The notes beneath the pieces are model-generated. The model had not been told where the DNA came from and did no database searches. It saw only the letters and a list, made by a program, of their open reading frames with translations. From Candidatus Latescibacterota bacterium (GTDB taxonomy: Bacteria > Latescibacterota > UBA2968 > GCA-2709665): 64,000 nucleotides of DNA. The stretch covers positions 64,001-128,000 of the forward strand of contig CAXXXF010000016.1 of NCBI GenBank assembly GCA_963667175.2, read 5' to 3'. The stretch's first letter is position 1, and every line of letters begins with the position of its first letter. Positions 39,901 to 49,092 of this stretch are shown piece by piece. The translations under genes and the position numbers were made by a program.

Positions 39901-41701
39901 TCGACCCATTCTGATGACAACGGCCACGACGCTTCTGGGCGTTCTTCCACTGGCGCTCGAATACGGCGGCGATTTTGAAATCTGGCCGCCGTTCGCAATT
40001 ACCGTTCTGGGTGGGCTGTCGGTTTCCATGGTCTCCACGTTGATCCTGATTCCAGTGGTCTACATGGGACTGGATCAGATCGGCGCCTGGCTTGCCGACA
40101 TGGGGGCTATCGCCGTCACGCTGTCGCTGCTGGCGACCGCCGCGGCCGGGTATGGCGTTTATGTGCGGTATGAAAGCGTTTTCTGGGCAACGCTGTCGAT
40201 ATTACCCATCTGGGGCGCGTCACTGACAGCGATATGGATCGTCCTGAAAGTACACCGCGCCCGAGTCGCCGCCCGGCGGGTATCCGGCGCCGTTCATTCC
40301 ATCCAGCTGAGAAATCTTACCAAGATCTACGGTGCGCCCGGGCGGTTTATACGGGAGTGGGCGCGCAACGAGCGCCGGCGAGGGCGGATGATGGAAACCG
40401 GGCCGGGTCCACACGACCGCAAGGCGGTCCGTGAAGCGCTCATCTGGAAGCTGCCGTTGCTCGCGCTGTTGTCGGTCTTCACGACCTATTTCGTGGACGA
40501 AATCTGGATCTATCTGCACGGGCTTGCGCTGGCATCCATGCTTGCGCACGTGGGGAGATGCATTGGAGACCTGAGGGAAAAGCAATTTCCGGCGCCGATC
40601 GCCCGCATTGGCGCCCTGCTGCTCAAAGCCGTGCTGCCATTGACGTTTGTAGGCTATGCGCACTGGCGGCTGAACCTGCTTTCAGTCACGCTTGCCACGT
40701 TCGGGCTGTGGGTCGCCTATCGACTGGTGCGGCGGCTCGCCGACAGGGTACGTTCCGGGGAGATCGATCCCGATGCCGTGTCCGGACGTTTGGCGCGGCC
40801 GCGCCGGTGGAGCTATCGAATGGCCTCGGCCATGCCGCTCGTCGGCGTTCCCCGGCCGGAGTTTCGGGCGCTGGCGGGCGTCAACCTGGAAATCGGCAGG
40901 GGGATGTTCGGACTTCTGGGCCCCAACGGGGCCGGCAAGACCACGTTGATGCGCATTCTCTGCCGGGTACTCGAACCCAGCTACGGCTCCATTCTGATCG
41001 ACGGTCGAAACGTCCTGAACAGGGGATCGATTCACGGTCTGATTGGCTACCTGCCGCAGCACTTCGGCAACTACGGACACCTTTCCGCAACCGAGTATCT
41101 GGAATACCGGGCGCTTCTGGAGGGTTTCAAAGACCGGACAATTCGGGACACCCGGGTGATCGAATCCCTGGAACAGGTCAATTTGATCGAACGCAAAGAC
41201 GATCCGGTCGGCTCGTTTTCAGGCGGTATGAAGCAGCGCCTGGGCATCGCTCAGACCCTTCTGCACACCCCGCTGATCGTGGTGGTGGACGAGCCCACGG
41301 CGGGGCTCGATCCGCTGGAGCGCATCCGGTTCCGCAACCTGCTTGCCAGGTTGAGCCAGGATCGCATTGTCATTTTCTCCACGCACATCGTGGAAGATAT
41401 CTCCGGAAGCTGCAATCGTCTGGCAGTACTGGACCATGGGTGTCTTCTGTATACGGGAACGCCGGAGGAAATGCGGAATCTGGCGACGGGACGGGTGTGG
41501 GACACGGTGGTTTCGGAGCGGCGCTTTTCGGAGATGGAGGACAAACTGAAGCTCATTTCGCATCAACGAACGCCCGGCGGGATCCGGATGCGGTTCCTGT
41601 CAGAACAGGCGCCGGTCGATATCGGCGCGCAGAGTGTGGATCCAACCCTGGAAGACGCGTACCTGTACCTGCTTGGCGGAGGGGAGGGACAGCCGTGCTG
41701 A
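36989..41701 (+). CDS. AcrB-family RND permease fused to extra TM helices and a C-terminal ABC ATPase
   Basis: One uninterrupted 1570-aa ORF: complete RND ([29 protein letters not shown]), extra hydrophobic helices, then [42 protein letters not shown]. Confidence 0.9.
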   Translation: [1570 protein letters not shown]

Positions 41702-42417
41702 ACTGGCGGGAATTGCTGCTCACCACGTGGCGGCTTTATCGGCTGAGCTGCAGGATCATATTCCACAGGAAGTTGATGTTCATGGGCATCGGCCTTCTCG
41801 TCTATTACGCCGCCATGTACGCGTTCGCGGTGTGGCGCCCCGACGAGGGGTTCGGCGTGTCGCAGGCGCTCAACGTTCTGGTTGAAATCCCCGGTATTGC
41901 GCTTGCCATTTATCTGACGATGGACCTCGTTGCGGGCGAACGAGACCGGAATACACTTGAAACCCTGTTCAGCACAACCTCTACCCACTACAAGATCTGG
42001 ACGATCCGGATGGTGGGGGTGTATCTGGTTCTGGCGGGAACCCTCATGGGAATGACGGTGGTCGCCTATTTCGTCTTCGCCGAACTTCCGATTTTCCGGG
42101 GCGGATTGAACGCCTTTCTGCCGGCATGTCTTGCCGCCGGGCTCACGTTTACCTTCTCCGTTCTCTGTCGAAGCGGCAACGCGGCCGCGATGCTGGCGAC
42201 CGGGGTGATGGTCCTGGCTCTGGTCGTTTCGAAGTCCATGCCCGATTCTCCCTTCGTGCTCTTTCTGGACACGTTTGATCCGCCGGTGGGCATGGAAGAC
42301 ACGCTTTGGGGCGACCGGGTTCTGCTGAACCGTCTGGCCGTCGTGCTGCTGTCGGGCTTGCTGCTGTTTATCGGCCTGCGCAGAATGGAAGCGCGGGAGC
42401 GGCTGGTATCTTCGTAA
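41695..42417 (+). CDS. ABC-2-type transporter permease
   Basis: GTG 41695 overlaps the previous stop, SD GGAGGG; 240 aa, about six TM helices, AGERDRNTLETLFS motif. It is the 3' part of track ORF 40558-42417. Confidence 0.82.
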   Translation: MLNWRELLLTTWRLYRLSCRIIFHRKLMFMGIGLLVYYAAMYAFAVWRPDEGFGVSQALNVLVEIPGIALAIYLTMDLVAGERDRNTLETLFSTTSTHYKIWTIRMVGVYLVLAGTLMGMTVVAYFVFAELPIFRGGLNAFLPACLAAGLTFTFSVLCRSGNAAAMLATGVMVLALVVSKSMPDSPFVLFLDTFDPPVGMEDTLWGDRVLLNRLAVVLLSGLLLFIGLRRMEARERLVSS

Positions 42418-42463
42418 CGGCGGGTCTCCTGTGCCACAGACGCGGGACCGACGGGCGCCCATC

Positions 42464-43606
42464 CTATTCCTTTCTTACGTCCAGCCGGACTTTTCGCGGC
42501 GCCACGTTCACGACCGCCAGATCCGTCCCATGCCTGATTGACTCGACGCCGAACTCGAACGTCCTGCGCCCGAACCTGACGTAGCCGGCATCGATGACGA
42601 GCCGAAAGGCGTCCTTGGGCGCGAGCAGAAGGGCGCGTCGGGGACCCTTCACGGTGACGTCTACGGCGGCCGGTCTCACGCCCTCCAGCGCATAGCCGCC
42701 CGGCAGATTCTCCACGCCGACCGCCACTTCATACGTCGCTTCCTGGACCGACGCGCCGGGCACCAGAAATACCCATGCGCCGAACGCCAGCGCGAAGGAG
42801 AGCATCCCCTCCGAGAGATGCCGCGCCAGCCAGCCTCGACCGGCCCTCCGATCGCCGACAACCACGTGTTGAGAGTGCTTCTGCAACCTCGACAGCAGTT
42901 CGTCAGGATCGTCCAGAATCTCAAGTCGACCCTGGCGTGCGACGGCGATGGTGCCGCGCTCCTCGGAAACGACCAGGCAGAGGGCGTCGCTGCGTTCGGT
43001 CAACCCCAGCGCCGCGGCGTGGCGGGTTCCTGCCGGCCCGAGTTCGCTGCGGTTTTCCGACAGCGGCAGATGGACGGCAAAACGCTCCAGCCGGTCGTCC
43101 CTCATCACCAGCGCCCCGTCGTGCCCCGCCGAAGTCGTGCCGAACAGGCTGTCGATGAGCTCCTCGCTGATGGTGGCTTGCAGTACAATCCCACCCTGCA
43201 GGAGCCGGTCGAGCGGTTCCCGTCCGGGAAGGACCACCAGGCCGCCCCGCCGATTTTCCGCCAGCTGAACCATCGCGCGAACCAGTACCGCCAGACTCCC
43301 CCCGCGGGGACGCGATGCCCTTCTGCCCAGGCCCAGCGCTGCAATCTGCTCGAAGAGCCTTCGAAGGTCGTCCTGGAAGACAACGACCAGCAGCACGACG
43401 AGTACGGCAAAGAACCCCTGGAATATCCACGCCGTCAGCTGCAGCTCGAACTGCCGCGCCAGGAGATAGAAAGCGCCCAGAAACGCCAGCCCGACGAGCG
43501 CCATGCGGGCGTGCATCCTCCGGGTCCAGGCCAACAGTCCCCAGAACAGCACGCCCACGACCGCGATGTCCACGACGTCTGAAAATGTAACCTCAAGCAG
43601 CGTCAT
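42464..43606 (-). CDS. cdaA: Diadenylate cyclase (CdaA-type, three N-terminal TM helices) fused to a TM helix and YbbR (CdaR-like) domain
   Basis: DVVDIAVV, VVFQDDLRRLFEQ, HDGAL, GTRHAAALGLTERSDA, VSEERG; C-terminal VDVTVKGPR...PRKVRL. Confidence 0.85.
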   Translation of the reverse strand: MTLLEVTFSDVVDIAVVGVLFWGLLAWTRRMHARMALVGLAFLGAFYLLARQFELQLTAWIFQGFFAVLVVLLVVVFQDDLRRLFEQIAALGLGRRASRPRGGSLAVLVRAMVQLAENRRGGLVVLPGREPLDRLLQGGIVLQATISEELIDSLFGTTSAGHDGALVMRDDRLERFAVHLPLSENRSELGPAGTRHAAALGLTERSDALCLVVSEERGTIAVARQGRLEILDDPDELLSRLQKHSQHVVVGDRRAGRGWLARHLSEGMLSFALAFGAWVFLVPGASVQEATYEVAVGVENLPGGYALEGVRPAAVDVTVKGPRRALLLAPKDAFRLVIDAGYVRFGRRTFEFGVESIRHGTDLAVVNVAPRKVRLDVRKE

Positions 43607-43843
43607 ATTGAAGGTTTTCCGCCTGCTGAATTCGGTCGATTGAGGGCGATGGGGACACCTGACGGCGTGTGAAACCCCGCCAGCCCGAAATATGGGCAAT
43701 CTTTCTCATTTCGTCAAGACCGCCCCTGCCGGTTTGCTTCGCGGCAGATCGACGTCTGCCGGATTCCGAGGCGGCAGGACCGCGGTCCGGTCCGGGCGGC
43801 GCCATGTTCGCCCGTTGAATCGATCCGTGGTTCTCGTCTTTCG

Positions 43844-43875
43844 TTTGGCCGGTCCGGGGAAAATACCTATATTTG
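43844..43875 (+). promoter_or_regulatory. Putative promoter
   Basis: TTTG-N20-TATATTTG about 70 nt upstream of the TPR gene. Confidence 0.4.
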
Positions 43876-43945
43876 GAGACGTTCAGGGATAGCCGGAAAG
43901 GGCCAGAACCAAATTTCACGCGGTATTCGGACGGAGGCAAGCGAC

Positions 43946-44626
43946 ATGCAGGGTACTCGGGGGCGAATGACCAGACGGGAACTCAGGCAGGACGAATTTG
44001 TCAACAGGATGCTGGCCGCATGGGCTTACGTGGAAGAGAACTACGTCCGCGTGCTCGCCGCTGGCGGGGGGGTGGTGGTCCTCATCCTGCTCGGCATTTT
44101 CATCATGAACCGGATGGACGCCCAGACAAGAGAGGCAGTGGAGGCGGAGGGGCAGATCCGGATCCTGTTGCTCCAGGGTCGGGTAGACGATGCCATCCTG
44201 GAAGCCGAACGTGTCTCGGAGACGTACAGCGGCGAAGCGGCAGCCGGGCGGGCCCTGCAGTTGGCCGGCGGCCTCTATTTCGAAACCGGGAGGCACGTGG
44301 AGGCGAAGGCCGCATTTGAAAGATACCTCCAGGAGTTCGACGCGACGGGGCTCACGGGATACAGCGCCTGGTCCGGTGTTGCCGCCGCCCTGGAAGAACA
44401 GGGCGATTCCGCGGGCGCGGCGGCCAGATACCTGGCGTTCGCCGATGAGTTCGAAGACTCTCCGTTCGCGCCCAATGCGCTCAAGGAAGCGGCCCGATGC
44501 TATCGGGTATCGGGCGATACCGGTCAGGCCAGGATTCTTCTGCAGCGCATTCTGGACCGGTATTCGAGGAGTTCCGTCGTCCGAAGCGCGGAGGAGGAAC
44601 TCAAACAGATGGGTGGTATCGGATGA
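43946..44626 (+). CDS. Membrane-anchored tetratricopeptide-repeat protein (YfgM-like)
   Basis: TRRELRQDEF, one TM helix, TPR-like helices (PFAPNALKEAARCY); SD GGAGG. Confidence 0.82.
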   Translation: MQGTRGRMTRRELRQDEFVNRMLAAWAYVEENYVRVLAAGGGVVVLILLGIFIMNRMDAQTREAVEAEGQIRILLLQGRVDDAILEAERVSETYSGEAAAGRALQLAGGLYFETGRHVEAKAAFERYLQEFDATGLTGYSAWSGVAAALEEQGDSAGAAARYLAFADEFEDSPFAPNALKEAARCYRVSGDTGQARILLQRILDRYSRSSVVRSAEEELKQMGGIG

Positions 44627-47600
44627 CCGGCCCGGAACTGAGTCTCACCCGTACGCGCGAATTTCACCCGACCGACCTGGACGAAGAAATCCTGCTGGTC
44701 GTACCGGACGACGTACAAGGGCATGCAGCCGTCGCCCGTGTCGCGGAAGCGGTGGGGGAGGCGGGACGCCCCCCGGAGACGATCCCTCAGAGCCGCTTTC
44801 GGCAGGCGCTGTTCCGGGAAAAGCACGTGATTGCCTTCGGAAATCTGGCAAATAACCGGGCGATTCAACGTCTCTATACCGCCCGGTGTTGTTTTGTGGA
44901 TACCTTCTTCCCGGGCGCACACGGCTACCTGGTCAAATCGATATCAGACCCGTTCGGGTACGGCCGGAATTGCATTGTCGCAGGCGCCAGCTCAACGGAA
45001 GGGTTGGAGGCGGCGCTCGGCGTTTTCAGGGACATTGTGGCCGCGAGTCACGGCCGTCTGGACCGGGTTCACGCCGCATCATTCGACCACGAACTTCCGC
45101 GGTTGCCGGATGCTTCCGAAACCGACCGCATGGTTCAGGACGATTTGAAGATCTGGGGGACGGGGTGGTCTGCGTCGCCGTTCCGGGGCGGCCGGATCCT
45201 GTCCTACCTCTGGCGCCATTACCTGACGGATCATCCGGTCTGGGCGCGAGCGGCGGTGGAAATCCTGAAGGGATCGATAGAGCCGTGGCGAGCGGAATGC
45301 AGTGCGCACCCGGAGGCGTACCACTGTTTCTTCAACCTCCACCTCTACATCCATCTTTGGGACCTGGTGGAAGACAACCCGCTGTTTACCCCGGAAGACC
45401 GGCTGGGGGCGGTGACCATGTTCGGCGAGTTGCTCAGACATCTCATGAAACTCTCGTACGTTTCGGAGGAAGTGAATCCACCGGGTCAAATCCGGCAAAA
45501 TCACACGACCTTTATCGGCCTGAATCTGGCCGTGGGCGGCGATTATATGGTCGGGCGGCACGGGATCGGCGAATTTCAGCACGCAAACGACGTCGCAAAG
45601 CGCATTTTCGAAGGTCAGATGCATAGTTACAAGCCCGATGACGATGGGGGCGTGGGGTACGTCTGGCACGTGCCCCAGGAAACGCTGAGCTATTTTCTGT
45701 ACCGCGGCGACGACCGTTACATCACCGGGGGACACGTGTCGGATCTCTGCAAATTGGCGGTGGTGACAACCGACAATATGCGCAGCGAGTGCGGTTACGG
45801 CGATACCACGGGGTATGCCGGTTTTTCCTCGGTCGGATGGGATGCCCGGCTCTGGCCGCTGATGGTTTCGACGTGGCATCAGCCGGATGCCGCGCACCTT
45901 TGGACGTTGAACTGGCTTGGAGACGGAAAACGGCCTCCCCCGGACAGGGCGCTGCACGGTCTCTATTCGGCCGTGGACTACGTGGACGGCGGATTCGCCA
46001 TGGCGGCGTGTAAGCCGGTCGTACCCCGCGAACTGCTCGGCATCTGCGTGATGGAGTTGCCCGAGCCAGTGCTCGACTGGGTACGACGGTACTCGCCGCA
46101 GGCCCATCATCCGCGTCCGGGGAGAAGGTATTTCGACAAATTGTCCCTGCGGCGCAATTTCGAGCCCGGGGGGGAATACCTGCTGCTGGAAGGACTCGGA
46201 ACGACCTGCCACGGACACGAAGATACCAATGCGATCGTCCGGCTGACCTGGAACGAGAGGGCGTGGCTGGCAGACGGGGATTACATCCGGGCCGCGCCCG
46301 CGTTTCACAATTCCGTCGTGGTCATGCGAGACGGCGAGGGAGTTCTCGAATCGCCCGGAGACGGCGTGGTGATCCCGCCTTTGGCGTCCTTAAACGTCTG
46401 TAGCGACGGCGCGGAACTGGCGATGCTCCGCTCCGAAGCCGCGGGTTACAACGGTGTGGACTGGCAGCGGGAGATATTCTGGCGCAAGGGTCGATATATG
46501 GTCGTCATGGACCGGCTTCGCTGTCGCGAACCGGGAGACTATTATCTACAATGTCTCTGGCGAATGGTGGGGGATCCGGTCCGGGAGGCGGACGGCGTGC
46601 GCATCCGGCCAGGCGGGGGAGGACTTTTATATTCGTAACGCGGACGGCTCCACGCAGGAAATCGTGTCCGGACCCGCACGTCAAGAGCCGATGGGGAAGC
46701 TATCCGCATTCGGACGGAACCATTTCCGTGCTGCATCAGCGAACGGGCGTGCAGCCCTCGAAGCCGGCACGTCGTTCACCTTTATGAATCTGCTCACCCC
46801 GGATGCCTCGGATACGACTGGAACGGGTCGGCCCCGACGCGGTCAGGGTCACGGATGGGGACGACGTCGCGTTGTTGGGCGCGGGAACGTTGGAACAGGA
46901 CGGTCTCGAATCTCTCGGGGAGCATGTTCGCGTGCCTCGCTCCGAGGCAGTGGCGTGCGCTTACAGGGCGTCGAACGGCTGACCGGACGGGAGGTCGAAC
47001 CATCGGAACAGGTTCCGGACCGACCCGAACTGGCGGCGGCGGTCCGGTCCGTACGGGCAGTCCCGGCCGTGACGACCGCGCGCGCGACGCGTCCCTCGGT
47101 TTTCTGGCGGGCTTGGCGCAGCGGTGGTGCCGGGCGTTCCCCCGGCCGATATCCGGGATATTTCCGTCTCGGATGACGGTGAATTGCTGCTGGCCAGCGG
47201 CGGTGACGTCGTGCTGACTGAACGCGGAAAACGGGGGAATCGGTCTGGTTCCGGCAGATTGACGCGGAAGGCGGCGCCAGCCGGGTCCTTGGATCGGATA
47301 TCGACGGAGACGGAAAACCGGAAGTGCTGGTGGGGGACTGAAGACTCAAAATATTGATTGTTCTGGAAGGGAGATACCGGTGACGAACGCTGGCGTCGCG
47401 AGTCTGGCGAATATGTGGAATCGCGGCACGAGGGTCTCGGCCATCGACGTGGCGGACCTGGAGGGAAACGGCGATCTGAACGTGCTTGCCGGTACCGAAG
47501 GGTGGTTTGTGAACGCGTTTGCGCCCGACGGCGAGCTCCTAGATGGGCCGAATGGTTTCGATATCACGCCATCACCGCGCTTGCAAGCCGCGGACGTGGA

Positions 47601-48191
47601 TGGAGACGGAAAGGCCGAGATTCTGGTCGGTACGGAATACTACACGCCGCTTACCGTGCACAATTTTGACGGGTCCTTCCGCTGGTCGACCTTCGAGCAG
47701 GTCGGGATCGCACGGGAACGCGACAACGCCGAGACGCGGCATCTGTCTGAAACAGATGGTACTGTGCGACCTCGACAGCGACGGCGTTCAGGAAATCATC
47801 TACGGGACGGAAGACGGCTGGATTTACGCCGTCAATCCTCAGGACGGCGCCGAACTCTGGCATATCAATCTCGTGGGGCAAATTACGGGACTCGTCGTTC
47901 TGGATGGCGTTCTGATCGCGGCGTGCGAGTTCGGCGCGCTGTATGGAATCGATTTTGCCGGCAATCTGACGTGGCGCCGCCACGAAGCGCAATGGATCCA
48001 TGCCGTCGCAGAATCCCGCGGCAATGATCGCCGTTGCCGCCGACCGGCGGGAAATCCGGACGGTCGACAGCGAGGGGCGCTGCCAGGGTTTGATTGAAAT
48101 GCCCGCGAACGTCACGTCGCTCGTCGGGGCGCAGAGCGGATTCGTCTGTGTCTACGGGCAGGGGATTGCCAGGCTGGATCTTGTTTCCTGA
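44623..48191 (+). pseudogene. Large heparinase II/III-like plus FG-GAP/PQQ-like beta-propeller protein, multiply frameshifted (pseudogene or assembly indels)
   Basis: Intact to ~46610 (RQNHTTF, HGHEDTNAI, FHNSVVV, WQREIFW). Homology-like text then hops between frames: EDFYIRN; VADLEGNGD; FRYHAITAL; ADVDGDGKAEILVG; CDLDSDGVQEIIYGTEDG; last piece ends TGA 48191. Confidence 0.65.
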
Positions 48192-48234
48192 ATAATGGCA
48201 GTCACGGTTCACAGTTTCACGAAACCCCTCACAA

Positions 48235-48262
48235 AACCGGTATAAGATATATTATGTAAACT
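48235..48262 (+). other. dif: dif site (XerC/XerD chromosome dimer resolution site)
   Basis: AACCGGTATAA-GATATA-TTATGTAAACT, 11-6-11 layout. The right arm matches the B. subtilis dif XerD-type arm. Intergenic, at the switch in gene orientation. Confidence 0.85.
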
Positions 48263-48272
48263 TACGGTTGTT

Positions 48273-48977
48273 TCACGCGGGCTGTCTATCGGCATTTCCT
48301 GTCATTTTCGATTCATGGGCCACATTCTGACCTGTTTTGTCCCGCAGAGCGGACAATTCGGTTTTCAGGCGTCCGATTTCAAGATTCTTGGCCGCCAGGT
48401 CCTCTTTAAATGCCTCGCAGCTGTTTTCGAGCGTCCTGTTTTGATCCTCCAACCGGCTTTGTTCTTCTCCCAGGCGGTTCAGTTCTTTTCTGAGCCAATG
48501 CGCCGTTAATGCGGCCTTTTCCCGGGCTTTTTCCGTCGCGCGGAGGTTTTCGCGCAACCCATCGAGGTCGTCCTTGTATTTTCGCGCTTCGGTCCATCCG
48601 GATGCGGACGAGGCCTCCAGTTGGGTCTGGCGTTCGCTCAGTGACCGAAGTTCGGCCGTGCGTTCAGCCAGCGCCCGCTCAATGGCATCCAATTTTCCGA
48701 CACGCCGTTGCAACCGGTCGTAATCGTCCCGTTGAAGTTGCACGAGGGATTGACTCTGGATCGCTTCGAGACTATTCGATTCCAATGTTTTTCCATATTT
48801 CTTCCTGTAAATTTCCAACAGATCCTCTTTGGGGATCCTCCACGCGCCATTCCACTTCCGGGCGTTCAGATAGTCCCGTTCGATGTAGTTTCGGACCGTT
48901 TTCGGGGTCACCTTGAGCAGATTTGCGGCCTGTTCGATGCTAAGATGTTCGGTCCGGACGTCGTTGGAATCGGTCAT
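48273..48977 (-). CDS. HTH_17/MerR-like DNA-binding protein with a long C-terminal coiled coil
   Basis: LSIEQAANLLKVTPKTVRNYIERDYLNARKWNGAWRIPKEDL, then ~130 aa of heptad-rich sequence; ATG 48977 follows GGAG (alternative 48989). Confidence 0.82.
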   Translation of the reverse strand: MTDSNDVRTEHLSIEQAANLLKVTPKTVRNYIERDYLNARKWNGAWRIPKEDLLEIYRKKYGKTLESNSLEAIQSQSLVQLQRDDYDRLQRRVGKLDAIERALAERTAELRSLSERQTQLEASSASGWTEARKYKDDLDGLRENLRATEKAREKAALTAHWLRKELNRLGEEQSRLEDQNRTLENSCEAFKEDLAAKNLEIGRLKTELSALRDKTGQNVAHESKMTGNADRQPA

Positions 48978-49092
48978 TGATTGCTCCATTACTTGAATAT
49001 TCTCATTTTTTTCCTAAATTATTATAGGAAATTTCATTCCTGAATTCAAGGACGATTCACGACGTAACATCGTATCGAGAAGGAAGACTCAA

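Noticed and set aside
48990-49092. Glycine riboswitch upstream of gcvT
   Set aside because: The gap is about 100 nt, AT-rich, and shows no recognisable aptamer motifs.
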